From a virus (taxonomy: Duplodnaviria > Caudoviricetes): 64,000 nt of DNA. A model generated the notes under the pieces. That model made no database searches and was not told where the DNA came from. It saw only the letters and a list, made by a program, of their open reading frames with translations. The translations under genes and the position numbers were made by a program. Every line of letters starts with the position of its first letter. Positions within the stretch are counted from its first letter, which is position 1. Below, one piece after another: positions 38,687 to 48,706 of the stretch. The stretch lies in IMG/VR virus record IMGVR_UViG_3300028175_000001; one strand, given 5' to 3'.

Positions 38687-39157
38687 TTATACAACTTTAT
38701 GATCAACTACTTTAACACCATCATCGATAATGGTAATTTTACGAGGTCTTTTTTCTTCAGGAATAATTCGCTTTAAGTTAATTTTAAGCAAGCCGTTGAA
38801 TAAATCCGCACCCGATACAACGACATCATCAGCGATATTAAATTTTCGAACAAAGACTCGTTTGGCGATTCCATGATGTAGATAACTTTCATCACTTTCA
38901 TCTTTTTGCGGCACTGATTTTATTGTAAGAGTGCCCTCTGTCAGTTCTAAATCTAGATCGTCTTTCGTAAATCCTGCTAAGGCAAGTTCGATTACGTAAT
39001 CGCAATCAGTCACTTTTCGAATGTTATAAGGGGGATAAGTGCCTGAACCACCCGAATTATAAGCATTATCAAATAGACGATTAAAAAAAGAGTCAAACCC
39101 TACTGAGGTCGAAAGTTGGCGATTGAGGTCTTCTATAGTTTTTGGTACTAAATACAT
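38687..39157 (-). CDS. Small heat-shock protein (Hsp20/IbpA)
   Basis: TYPPYNI, IELALAGF, YLHHGIAKRVF, GLLKINL; AGGAG RBS at 39161-39167. Confidence 0.95.
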   Translation of the reverse strand: MYLVPKTIEDLNRQLSTSVGFDSFFNRLFDNAYNSGGSGTYPPYNIRKVTDCDYVIELALAGFTKDDLDLELTEGTLTIKSVPQKDESDESYLHHGIAKRVFVRKFNIADDVVVSGADLFNGLLKINLKRIIPEEKRPRKITIIDDGVKVVDHKVV

Positions 39158-39255
39158 ATTATCTCCTGTATTATTAGCGAGATTAATTATTTTCCTCTGC
39201 AAGGGCCAGAGGATGTTGCTACATGCAACGGATGAGATGCAAATGCACTCTCATA
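39155..39255 (-). promoter_or_regulatory. ROSE-like RNA thermometer (four hairpins)
   Basis: AUCUC-G-CU pairs with SD AGGAGAU leaving a bulged G (U(U/C)GCU motif); three upstream hairpins. Confidence 0.8.
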
Positions 39256-39261
39256 AGATCT

Positions 39262-39290
39262 ATTATACTACTATATATGCAATTTGTCAA
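39262..39290 (-). promoter_or_regulatory. Perfect sigma70 promoter for Hsp20
   Basis: TTGACA-17bp-TATAAT. Confidence 0.9.
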
Positions 39291-39817
39291 GTTCCTGTAG
39301 ACCCAAATCCACCTTCTCTATCGGTTTTTTGATTTGGTCTGTTATTTAGGAAATCAATTTTAAAATTTTCTAATTTACGCAATTCAGCTTGTGCAATTCT
39401 ATCACCATGGGTTATTTGAATAGGGTCATATGATACATTTATCATAATACAATTACATTCTTCCACAAAATCTTCATCAATAATTCCAACATTATTTGCA
39501 GTAATTAAACCCTTTTTCAATGCATTGCCTGAACGTGGATGAATTTTAATATAATGGTCTTTCGGAATATCAAAAATTATTCCTGTAGGAATTAAATATC
39601 TCCAGCCAGGAGACATGAGTAAACAATTATTTTTTATAAAAATTTCTTTTTTAGTATTATATGGATCGTATGCTAATATTTTTGTAAATGAATTGAAATA
39701 TGCCTTTAAATCAAAACATGCAGATTTTTTTGTGGCCAATGTTGGCAGTTCAACATCATCATGCAAACAAAAAATTCCTAATTTTTGTTGTAATGCAACC
39801 GCTGTTGATTCATTCAT
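39287..39817 (-). CDS. dut: Trimeric dUTPase
   Basis: ACFDL, HPRSG, GIIDEDF, GDRIAQ, REGGFGSTG. Confidence 0.95.
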   Translation of the reverse strand: MNESTAVALQQKLGIFCLHDDVELPTLATKKSACFDLKAYFNSFTKILAYDPYNTKKEIFIKNNCLLMSPGWRYLIPTGIIFDIPKDHYIKIHPRSGNALKKGLITANNVGIIDEDFVEECNCIMINVSYDPIQITHGDRIAQAELRKLENFKIDFLNNRPNQKTDREGGFGSTGT

Positions 39818-40215
39818 TATGATTTTTTGCCTATATTATATTTTGGAATCAAAGACCATTCTTTTTTTTCTGAAAAAGACAAAATCTTTAATTGATTTAG
39901 GGGTAAAATTGGATCTGTTGTTTTGTTTACATCAACTAATTTAATTAAATTCCATTCTTCTAACCTATTTGATATTGTATTTCTTCTAGCAATATCTGTA
40001 TCTGAAAAATTATAAGGTTTACCATCAAGAGCAAATAATTCTTTAAAATGTACTATGTAATATTTGCCCTGTTTGTGTAAAATGTGACAAGATTGATAAA
40101 GAGTTTTTTCTTTTCTACTAGCAACACCAATACGAGTTAGTGTTTCTTTTACTTTTAGAAAATCATCAGGTTCTTTTAACGTAATCTCTACCATTTCGCC
40201 GATATCATACATCAT
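39817..40215 (-). CDS. regA: Translational repressor RegA
   Basis: FLKVKETLTRIGVAS...LYQSCHILHKQGKYYIVHFKELFALDG. Confidence 0.97.
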   Translation of the reverse strand: MMYDIGEMVEITLKEPDDFLKVKETLTRIGVASRKEKTLYQSCHILHKQGKYYIVHFKELFALDGKPYNFSDTDIARRNTISNRLEEWNLIKLVDVNKTTDPILPLNQLKILSFSEKKEWSLIPKYNIGKKS

Positions 40216-40604
40216 TTATTTCCTTCGCCACCTGTATTTAATTTTTCTTTGATCAGATCGAGATCTTTCACGGAATGCAAATGTAAAACTTCTTTAGCTC
40301 TTTGTACATTATATCCATAATATTTTACGATCATTTTAATATTTTCATTTTCTTGGGATTTTATCCACTTAGGAAAACGTTTGTTTCGTCTGACTGTATT
40401 TATTAAATAATCAAATTGAAGTTTCTTATCAGTATTAGGTCGAATATTCATTTCATTCGCATAAAGGACTGTATCCATTGTATAAGATAGTCCCTTATTG
40501 ACAATGAAAGGCAAATATTGTTTTTCAACCTGATGGTCAGTATCACCGATCATCAGATTTTTTTTACCGTAATTAATATCGTTTAAAAAATCAAAAGGAG
40601 TCAT
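40212..40604 (-). CDS. 62: Clamp loader small subunit (gp62)
   Basis: PFDFLNDIN...YLPFIVNKGLS...KRFPKW; synteny. Confidence 0.9.
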   Translation of the reverse strand: MTPFDFLNDINYGKKNLMIGDTDHQVEKQYLPFIVNKGLSYTMDTVLYANEMNIRPNTDKKLQFDYLINTVRRNKRFPKWIKSQENENIKMIVKYYGYNVQRAKEVLHLHSVKDLDLIKEKLNTGGEGNK

Positions 40605-40621
40605 TTTTATTTTAATTAAGA

Positions 40622-41686
40622 TTATTCTCGTATTGAGGCATACATTACATCTGCATTAATAAAGAGTCTTTTTAAAAGAACATTCACAATTAGAAATCTT
40701 CGTTTTCTCACAATCGTTAATGCGACCGTCTCTCCTATATTATATTTGTATATTTCATTTGAAAACTGTAATCCAGTATTAATAATTACACCATTAATTC
40801 CAATAATGGTATCAAATTTATTTAAGTCCGGCGGAAAACTGTCATTAGGCAATACGAATACCCCAAACGTATTCGGAACGAATTCTGGGTCAATTTCAGG
40901 AAATTTTGTTATAATTTTTTCTCTTTGTTTTTTCAGATTTAATGGTACAACCATAACACCAATTGCTGGTCTATCGACTTTTCCAAACATTAACATAGAA
41001 TTTAAAGACGTTTTTACAATATCGCTTCTAATCGCTAAACCAATTCCTGCATTTTCAGAGATTGTAGAAACGATTAACGTATTGATTCCTACAATTTCTC
41101 CTTTCATATTCAGAAGAGGGCCTCCAGAATTTCCTTTATTGATCGCGGAATCAGTCTGTATCGCTTTGATAAAAGGATGTCCTACAAATCGGTCAATGCT
41201 AGAAACAATTCCTTTGGTTACAGACCAAATCATTCCCATAGGATGGCCTATGGCGAAAACATCAGCACCTACTGATATTGCATTGGTGTCTTTTACAAAT
41301 TCAAGATAAGGAATCGGTTCTTTTTTTCCTATAATTTTAAGTAAAGCTAAATCAGCAAGGGGATCAACACCTATTATCTTTATTTCATACTCTCTCCAAT
41401 CAGTTTGCTCGTGATAATATAATTTTATATAATTTTGTTTGTAAATACAATGAAAATTAGTAATAACATGACCTATATTATCAACAACTGTTCCAGTACA
41501 TAAACCAGTACGTGATGCGTTCGTTTCTGGGTCTGCATTAGGATTCGTAGATAACAATACTACTGATTGGTTTGCTTTTTTAATAACATTTTCAAATGAT
41601 CCGTTTTCTTGTGCTGATATGTTAAACTTGACACCTATAAACATAATAAATAAACATATCAAGATATTATACTTGATATTTTTCAT
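40622..41686 (-). CDS. HtrA/DegP-like serine protease with PDZ domain and signal peptide
   Basis: ITNFHCI, DLALLKI, IQTDSAINKGNSGGPL catalytic triad motifs. Confidence 0.92.
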   Translation of the reverse strand: MKNIKYNILICLFIMFIGVKFNISAQENGSFENVIKKANQSVVLLSTNPNADPETNASRTGLCTGTVVDNIGHVITNFHCIYKQNYIKLYYHEQTDWREYEIKIIGVDPLADLALLKIIGKKEPIPYLEFVKDTNAISVGADVFAIGHPMGMIWSVTKGIVSSIDRFVGHPFIKAIQTDSAINKGNSGGPLLNMKGEIVGINTLIVSTISENAGIGLAIRSDIVKTSLNSMLMFGKVDRPAIGVMVVPLNLKKQREKIITKFPEIDPEFVPNTFGVFVLPNDSFPPDLNKFDTIIGINGVIINTGLQFSNEIYKYNIGETVALTIVRKRRFLIVNVLLKRLFINADVMYASIRE

Positions 41687-41884
41687 GCTTTATCCTTGAA
41701 AAATTGACGTGATTTTCTCTTTCGATTCTTCTTGTTGTACTTTGTCTTTATTATTTATTGATTTGTTTAGTTTAGAAGGAAAAAAAGAGGGTAACGTTTT
41801 TTCTGAGGTAACACATTTTAATTCATTGACTGAAAAAAGATTTTCTGCCCAAGTATCATTAAACTGAAATGTATAACATTTTTT

Positions 41885-42826
41885 TTAAATAAATTGACAT
41901 TCTACCATTATTTCTACAAGACAAGCAACTAGATTTAATTCATGATCTGCCGCAAAAGCCGATTTATATTGCGAATCTGCTAAAATTAATACCAATTGAG
42001 GTATCGATGTTGCTTGAACGTGATTTGATGCAACATCATAAATTTTTCTGTAAACTTTTTGCGGATCATTATCCAAGTTATTCACAACCCATTTTCGCAC
42101 ATCATTGAATTTTTTAACCTTCATGTAATTCATAAGTTCGGTCAAATCTAAATCTGAAATTTGAGACAATATACCCGTATCTATGTTACCGTATTTAGAA
42201 TATTTTTGAAGTTCATTCAGTGTTCGACGATAATCAGGAAAATGTTTCATCAACACTTCCGCAACCACTTTTTTATCATAATTTACATTTTCTTGATCTA
42301 GGATATTATAAAGTCTTTTTCCGAAATTCGTCCCAACAGTTAACTTATCTTCTCTGCTTATCTTAAAATCAATTGATTGACATCTAGATCGCAAAGGCTC
42401 AATAATTCGATTAACATAATTACACGTCAGTATAAATGAACAATGTTTTTCGAATTCTTCAATAAAAGATCTTAGAGCCGGTTGGGTAGAATTGGGGTTT
42501 AAATAATCTGCTTCATCAAGTATAACAACTTTTCTTCCACCATCAAAACTGACTGTTGACGCATATCCTCTAATTTTAGTACGTAAAACATCAATGCCAG
42601 ATTCTTCAGAACCATTTATCATAAGAAAATCACACCCTATTTCATTACAAAGAGCTTTTGCTACGGTCGTTTTACCCGTACCAGGATCCCCAGAAAGAAT
42701 CATATTAGGAATACGTCCTTCCAATGATATCTGACTAAAAAGTGTTTTTATTCTATCAGGAAGTATACACTCTTCAATTGTTTTAGGTCTATATTTTTCG
42801 ACCCATAAAAAAGATTCTCCAAACAT
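41885..42826 (-). CDS. 44: Clamp loader large subunit (gp44)
   Basis: LWVEKYRP, GDPGTGKT, ILDEAD, PLRSRC. Confidence 0.95.
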   Translation of the reverse strand: MFGESFLWVEKYRPKTIEECILPDRIKTLFSQISLEGRIPNMILSGDPGTGKTTVAKALCNEIGCDFLMINGSEESGIDVLRTKIRGYASTVSFDGGRKVVILDEADYLNPNSTQPALRSFIEEFEKHCSFILTCNYVNRIIEPLRSRCQSIDFKISREDKLTVGTNFGKRLYNILDQENVNYDKKVVAEVLMKHFPDYRRTLNELQKYSKYGNIDTGILSQISDLDLTELMNYMKVKKFNDVRKWVVNNLDNDPQKVYRKIYDVASNHVQATSIPQLVLILADSQYKSAFAADHELNLVACLVEIMVECQFI

Positions 42827-42845
42827 TTATAATCCGCGCAATGGG

Positions 42846-43523
42846 TTAATCTTCATATATTGAATTTGCTAATTCTATAGCAATAAAATATTCTATAACA
42901 TTATCAGAACTTATAAATTGAGCCAATCCTTTACTTGATAACAATACATTATAATTTTTAGACATTAATTTTGTAATATTTTCAAATTTAAAAATAAATT
43001 TGAAATTTTTATCAGTTTCACCAACTACTTGTTCAGAAGAAGTTTCATTAGTTTGTGAATCTAATGCTGTAATAGTTATATCAGCCCCATTACCTATGAT
43101 ACCTATTTCAGGCAACGAAAGTACGCTTGCTTGCTTAATGGAAAAATCTAAAGCACTTGATTCAAGAGTAAAACTAACATCTTCAGTAGGAAGATGGACA
43201 TTTTTTCCTTCGGGGGGCCTTACAACAAGATCTGGGTCACACATCCAATATTTAACTTTTCTTTGATTTTTCTTGTCCTCAATAAGAATGTATTTTTCTT
43301 CAAATTCAACTTCAGGAGTTTCAAATAAAGAATAAGACCCGAGCATTTTTGTTATATCATATATGCCGAAATTCCTCGGTATATCTTCTATAATATTCGC
43401 TTTTGCTAAAATTGCTTTAGTGGGAGCAACTGTTTTAATTATTTTTCCTTTTTCAAAAAAAATACCATTATTGATATTGGCAAAATTCTTCAAAACTGAA
43501 ACGGTTTGATTACTTAGTTTCAT
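42846..43523 (-). CDS. 45: Sliding clamp (gp45)
   Basis: MKLSNQTVSVLKNFANIN, FGIYD; synteny. Confidence 0.92.
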   Translation of the reverse strand: MKLSNQTVSVLKNFANINNGIFFEKGKIIKTVAPTKAILAKANIIEDIPRNFGIYDITKMLGSYSLFETPEVEFEEKYILIEDKKNQRKVKYWMCDPDLVVRPPEGKNVHLPTEDVSFTLESSALDFSIKQASVLSLPEIGIIGNGADITITALDSQTNETSSEQVVGETDKNFKFIFKFENITKLMSKNYNVLLSSKGLAQFISSDNVIEYFIAIELANSIYED

Positions 43524-43553
43524 AATAACACTCCATATTTAATTGTTTAAATT

Positions 43554-44567
43554 TCATTTTTTCTTTTTTAAATTTTTCTTTTTGTCCCTTAAAGATTTTC
43601 TTCTGTCTTGCCTAGTTGATTTCTTCTCTTCAATCCGCTCAATATTTTGTACTGCTATTGCTTCTTCAGTAACGTTTATTCTAGCTTGTCTTAATTTTTG
43701 TGATTGTTCCATATGAACCCTAGCAAGTTCATTAGACGAATCTATTCTTCCAAGGTCAGACATTGAACCATCAAACACATATGTTCCAATATGACCGAGC
43801 TTCATCCAAGGACAAAGATAAATGTTTATATCAATATGTCTTGCTAATTGACAAAATGCATAATCTTCGGAAAGATACCTATCAGACTTGTTTGAAGATC
43901 CCATTGGCATATAGGAGTCATTATCAATAACCGTATCAAAATATGCATGAATATATCGGTCTCCAGAAAATTGTTCAGAACGATTGTGATCTGGTTTATA
44001 ATGAAACTGAGGATATGCATCTTTCCATTTAGTAAAAACTTCTCTTTGAATCATCATAAATCCAGTTCCAATTTCTAAAACTTTTACGGGTTCGTTTATC
44101 TTTAATTCAGTGGTTCCCTGAACTGGATTAAATACAAAATCGCCCACGAATTTCTGCAATTCGTTTGGATCTTTATCAGCCACCCCAGCATCAACTGCTT
44201 GCACAATTTTTTCCCACGCAATACATTTTTTCCCATAGGGGCCACCGATAATAGGGTGTTTATCGTCACACAGTGCGGCAAGAGACAATACGTCTCTTGG
44301 ATCAAAATGAATATCAGCATCAATAAACATCAAATGAGTAAATTCTTCTGCTCTAAGAAATTCATCAACTAAATAATTTCTAGCTCTAGTAATAAGAGAT
44401 TCATTGAATATGAAAAAAAACTTACATTCTATTCCATAATTTGCACACATTGTTGCTAGATCAATACATGCCTTTGTGTACATACCCGCACATTGCCCAG
44501 CATACATTGGTGTTGCAACAAAAATCTTTTTCTTTCTTAATTCTTCAACTTTAATTTCAATTTGCAT
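43554..44567 (-). CDS. GT-A fold glycosyltransferase-like protein
   Basis: NESLITRARN, LMFIDADIHF (DxD), GTGFMMI, LSEDYAFC. Confidence 0.75.
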   Translation of the reverse strand: MQIEIKVEELRKKKIFVATPMYAGQCAGMYTKACIDLATMCANYGIECKFFFIFNESLITRARNYLVDEFLRAEEFTHLMFIDADIHFDPRDVLSLAALCDDKHPIIGGPYGKKCIAWEKIVQAVDAGVADKDPNELQKFVGDFVFNPVQGTTELKINEPVKVLEIGTGFMMIQREVFTKWKDAYPQFHYKPDHNRSEQFSGDRYIHAYFDTVIDNDSYMPMGSSNKSDRYLSEDYAFCQLARHIDINIYLCPWMKLGHIGTYVFDGSMSDLGRIDSSNELARVHMEQSQKLRQARINVTEEAIAVQNIERIEEKKSTRQDRRKSLRDKKKNLKKKK

Positions 44568-44633
44568 TATATCTCCATGATACAGTAATAGAGGATAAGA
44601 ATTTATTCCCTATCCTCTATTTATGACTGTCAA

Positions 44634-45821
44634 TTAAAAGGGTGTTTCTGTATCCTCTTCTTCATTAGATGTATTCTCTTCTTCAAGGGTAGATTCTCCG
44701 TCTTCAGCAGGGGTTTCCCCAGGAACAGTAACATCAGCATCAACTTTGCTGTATAAATCAAGAAACGCAGATTTAGTTTCTTCATCAAAACGATTAACAC
44801 ACATCTGAATTGATTTCATTTTATCACCAAAAATAGCGTATGCATTACAAATATGAACTAGTCGGCGAGTAGCAATAATTTCGTCAACACCACCATCGTA
44901 AAATGTTTTACGAATAATGTCCGCCCAGTTTGTAAGTTTATCAACAAACTCTTCATTTTCACAACCAAGAGAAACAAGAACTGCATTGAGAATTTTTTTC
45001 TCAACTGAAATACTCGGATAATCTTGTTCCATAGTAATTGCAAATCTTTCAAGAAATGCTTCATTAAGAATATTTGTTCCGATAAATCGTCCATCATCAG
45101 AACCTTTTCCTTTAGTATTTGCAGTAGCAAAAACATTAAAACCTCGAACGGGACGAATCCATTGATTTATCTTTTTAATGAAAATACCTTTACCTTCAAG
45201 AACAGGTTGCAAACACATAATTTTATTTGATGCAAGATCGACTTCATCAAGAAGCAGAATAGCACCTCGTTTCATTGCTTGAATAACTGGACCATCTTGC
45301 CAAACAGTTTCCCCATCTTTCAAAAGATAGTGACCAAGCAAATCATCTTCATCAGTTTCAATAGTAACGTTAACACGAAACATTTCACGATTAAGTTTTG
45401 CACAAACTTGTTCAACCATGAATGTTTTACCATTACCAGAAAGACCAGTCACAAAAGTTGGATAAAAAATTCTCGATTTGACAATCTGTTCGACATCTTT
45501 ACAATGTCCAAATCTAACAAAATGAGAATCTTTATCTGGAATAAATGATTCGGTTTGTACGGGAAATGGAATCACTTTAGATTCCTTTTTTTCTTCAGGA
45601 TTTTCATTAACAACTGTTTGTGCTAATGCACTTTTCATAGAACCATCAAGTTGAGGGATACGATATACACCTCTAGCAACTTTATATGTCTCATTTTTCT
45701 GCACCCATGCAGTACTCACACCAAGTTGTCTTCCAATTGCTTTCAATTCCGGACGAGAAATTTCGTCTTCATAACCAGCATCAATAACAGCTTGAACAAG
45801 AGCCTTTTGATTCACGTTCAT
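44634..45821 (-). CDS. MoxR/CobS-type AAA+ ATPase
   Basis: GLSGNGKT, LLDEVD, ATANTKG, NEAFLERF. Confidence 0.92.
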   Translation of the reverse strand: MNVNQKALVQAVIDAGYEDEISRPELKAIGRQLGVSTAWVQKNETYKVARGVYRIPQLDGSMKSALAQTVVNENPEEKKESKVIPFPVQTESFIPDKDSHFVRFGHCKDVEQIVKSRIFYPTFVTGLSGNGKTFMVEQVCAKLNREMFRVNVTIETDEDDLLGHYLLKDGETVWQDGPVIQAMKRGAILLLDEVDLASNKIMCLQPVLEGKGIFIKKINQWIRPVRGFNVFATANTKGKGSDDGRFIGTNILNEAFLERFAITMEQDYPSISVEKKILNAVLVSLGCENEEFVDKLTNWADIIRKTFYDGGVDEIIATRRLVHICNAYAIFGDKMKSIQMCVNRFDEETKSAFLDLYSKVDADVTVPGETPAEDGESTLEEENTSNEEEDTETPF

Positions 45822-45952
45822 ATTTTCTCCATAATATAATTAATAAAAAATGAAAGATGAAATAAATTCGCCGCCACTAAATTACACCGTTGCAGGCACC
45901 AGAACATTTCCAGAAGGAAACCATTTGCGAACTTCCTCCACCTTTCACTACT

Positions 45953-45981
45953 ATTATCTCAAATCCACGCCTATTTGTCAA
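45953..45981 (-). promoter_or_regulatory. Sigma70-type early promoter
   Basis: TTGACA-17bp-GATAAT with ATTTGA before the -10. Confidence 0.75.
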
Positions 45982-46370
45982 GACATTTCTTGGTCTAAAT
46001 CCATTTTTTTCACTTCTTCCCAAGTTCCATCCCCTAATTGTTTTACTGTAATTGCTGATTCTTTCTTATTCCATTCTTCGGGAGAAATCAAAGACAACAT
46101 ATCATCTGCATATAAGAAGTAATGTCTTTCTTTTACAATACGAAATGAAATGTTGACTTTTTCATGAATTCTCTTTGTTAATTGTACTCTGTCCATGATT
46201 TCTTTTGCTTGTTTTACTAAAAGATTTGCATGTTCTTGCAGTCTATTTATTTCTTTATGGGCAGATGTTTCCATTGCTTTAAGCAATTGGGAATCTGTTA
46301 AAGATTTTTCTGTTAGTATTTTTTGTATTTCTTTGTTTTTATTGTCCCATATAGGATTATCGATTGTCAT
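45978..46370 (-). CDS. Hypothetical protein (DUF2452-like from memory)
   Basis: Coiled-coil N-terminus then YFLY...LSLISPEEW. Confidence 0.55.
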   Translation of the reverse strand: MTIDNPIWDNKNKEIQKILTEKSLTDSQLLKAMETSAHKEINRLQEHANLLVKQAKEIMDRVQLTKRIHEKVNISFRIVKERHYFLYADDMLSLISPEEWNKKESAITVKQLGDGTWEEVKKMDLDQEMS

Positions 46371-46373
46371 GAT

Positions 46374-48662
46374 TCATGCGACCATTTCTGCAAAACTTTT
46401 CAAAACAATTCTATTAGTAAGTTTTTTCTTATTAAAGTTTTTAAATGCTTTAGTCAATTGACTTTTTGAAGCATCTTCACTAACAACAAAATCTTCATTT
46501 CCAACATTCAAATCTTCACCATCTTTAATGTAATACAATTTATCATAACCAAGATAATTTGAAGCAACATACGACTTCTCTCTTTTCCAAAGTTTTAAAA
46601 TTTCAGCAGAAGTTGGAGCATCCTTTGTACCCCAGGAAATATCCTGACTTATGTATTTAAATCTTCTTCCAGTTAAGAAAAATCCCAGAATATTAACATT
46701 ACATCGATCTTTTAAAATTTTATAAAAAGTAGCAGTAGACCTTCCACTTCGGCGACCTCTGGAATTATAAGTTTTTTTAGTGACAGGATCAACATAATAT
46801 GTGTCTCTTCCTCTACTATCAAAATATTCTTTATCCAGTTCACCGTCTTCATTAGCTTTCCAATATCGAGTATTAGTATGGGATTCACCATCAGTAAGAA
46901 AAACTGCATTTACAATTTGTACACGGTTTTTCTTTTGAAATTCAGGAACTACTTCTAATGCCGCAATAATTGCCGCATCAAGAGGAGTCCCACCCAACTC
47001 AAAATGATATGGAATTGCATATCTAAAATCATAATAATAATCAGGATCAAATTTTTTCATCTTCAATTGCACCATAGATTGCATAGCATAATTCATTTCT
47101 GAAGTTGACATTGAACTACTGAAAAGATTCATTAAATGCAAAGTAGAATTAGAAATCATATGTTTTTCTTTTTGAAAGAAAACTCTTTCACTTTGTTTTT
47201 CTTCACTTCCATCATGTACCTCTTGTGAAGTCAGTTTTTCTCCGTTTCTGTTCATTGTCCTAATACTACGATCAGTAAAAGCGTACACCTCAAAAGGAAT
47301 ATTTACTTTTTTACAAAACAGAACCAAATTCAAAAGTTGATCAATAGTACCTGCAAGGTTCGAATGCATAGAACCAGACCAGTCTATGAATAAAACAAGA
47401 CCATGATTTTTTCCAGAAGCAATAGTTGCAACTTTTTTGAAAAGATTATCATTATATTTGTAAGAATGAATTGAAGACATATCAAGCAAACCAGTTTTTG
47501 AAATGCTGGTCCTTTTATATTCATCGGCCCTCTTTCTCATTTCAAATTCTTTGACTAAATAATCTACTGTTTTTGAATTCTTACTTTTGAATTCTTTCAC
47601 CATAGTTTGTGCAATAGAAAACATTTTTTCATAACCTTCATTCTGAAACTTAGGATCTGAAAAATATTTACGAGTCATCCCATATAATTCCTTATGAGAA
47701 ACAATTATTTCCTCCAAATTTGCTTTTGGAATTGTTACATAGTCCCAAATTCGTTCAGATTCTTCATTTAAATCTTTTGCTGATTCTTGCCATGCTTCAT
47801 CAGTAAATGCTTTCGGATCTAGTGGAGAAAAATCTTTATCATTCGATACTCCACCTTCAAGACCAGAAGTTATTTGACCTCCCGCTTCTTCACCTTTATC
47901 TCCACTTCCATCCTCTTCTTCACCTTCGCCTCCAGCAGAAGCATTTTCTGATTCTTCTTCAGAAGATCCTTCTTCCTCTTCATCTTCTTCCATCCACTCA
48001 AGCGGAGAATCTCCCATTACTTCAGGCATTTCTTCACAACCATCAAAACCTTCACACATTGAAGATTCAAACTCAGAAAAATCTTGAAAATCTGTTTGAC
48101 TTTCATTTTCTTTTGAATACTCAAAAAGTCTTACAGTAATATCATAAATTTCTTCAAAAGTCTCTGCATTATCAATTTCAGTAATGAAAGGGCTTTCTAT
48201 TTCATTAAACTCAATACCAGCAGATGCACCGATTTTATAATGTAAATTAATTCTATCAATCAAATTTAATGTACTCAGATCACGATCTTTTGTTTGAAAA
48301 AAATTCTCTGATACAAGTTGGCGATAGCCTTCAATCATCGGCTTTGAACCACCTGGATACTTTCTTTTTATCTTTTTCTCAATTCTAGCATCTTCCACCA
48401 CATTAAGATAAGACTTGAATCCAGGACCCTTCGGATTCTTTTCAGAATGTAATCCTTTCAAAGGAGTCCAGAGTGCATGACCAACTTCATGGAGAACCAT
48501 CAAATCATAAATCGGACCACTCATATACTTGAAAATTGGTAGACGAATGACCCGATTTTTAACATCAAATGATGCAGTTTGATAATTTCCGTGTTCTACA
48601 GTAATGTTCTCAGAAGCAAGAAGTTTTGCTAAAAGAGATTTTGTAGACTGTATTTCATTCAT
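46374..48662 (-). CDS. HExxH plus VWA (CobT-like) partner of the MoxR ATPase
   Basis: LHEVGH; acidic linker; IDWSGS MIDAS, GGTPL, LTDG; start trimmed to MNEIQ. Confidence 0.88.
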   Translation of the reverse strand: MNEIQSTKSLLAKLLASENITVEHGNYQTASFDVKNRVIRLPIFKYMSGPIYDLMVLHEVGHALWTPLKGLHSEKNPKGPGFKSYLNVVEDARIEKKIKRKYPGGSKPMIEGYRQLVSENFFQTKDRDLSTLNLIDRINLHYKIGASAGIEFNEIESPFITEIDNAETFEEIYDITVRLFEYSKENESQTDFQDFSEFESSMCEGFDGCEEMPEVMGDSPLEWMEEDEEEEGSSEEESENASAGGEGEEEDGSGDKGEEAGGQITSGLEGGVSNDKDFSPLDPKAFTDEAWQESAKDLNEESERIWDYVTIPKANLEEIIVSHKELYGMTRKYFSDPKFQNEGYEKMFSIAQTMVKEFKSKNSKTVDYLVKEFEMRKRADEYKRTSISKTGLLDMSSIHSYKYNDNLFKKVATIASGKNHGLVLFIDWSGSMHSNLAGTIDQLLNLVLFCKKVNIPFEVYAFTDRSIRTMNRNGEKLTSQEVHDGSEEKQSERVFFQKEKHMISNSTLHLMNLFSSSMSTSEMNYAMQSMVQLKMKKFDPDYYYDFRYAIPYHFELGGTPLDAAIIAALEVVPEFQKKNRVQIVNAVFLTDGESHTNTRYWKANEDGELDKEYFDSRGRDTYYVDPVTKKTYNSRGRRSGRSTATFYKILKDRCNVNILGFFLTGRRFKYISQDISWGTKDAPTSAEILKLWKREKSYVASNYLGYDKLYYIKDGEDLNVGNEDFVVSEDASKSQLTKAFKNFNKKKLTNRIVLKSFAEMVA

Positions 48663-48706
48663 ATGATATCCTGTTTGTTTGATTGTTTTCCTCAACCCTC
48701 ACTTAT

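Noticed and set aside
41689-41884. About 64-codon open frame continuing in frame after the gp44 TAA (possible read-through or recoding)
   Set aside because: gp44 ends at its usual length, the extension has no start codon or motif, and other genes terminate normally at TAA, TAG and TGA, so there is no sign of stop-codon reassignment.
44634-48662. Cobalamin biosynthesis (cobS/cobT) auxiliary genes
   Set aside because: The motifs only support a generic MoxR AAA+ and VWA pair; no cobN or other cob genes are present.
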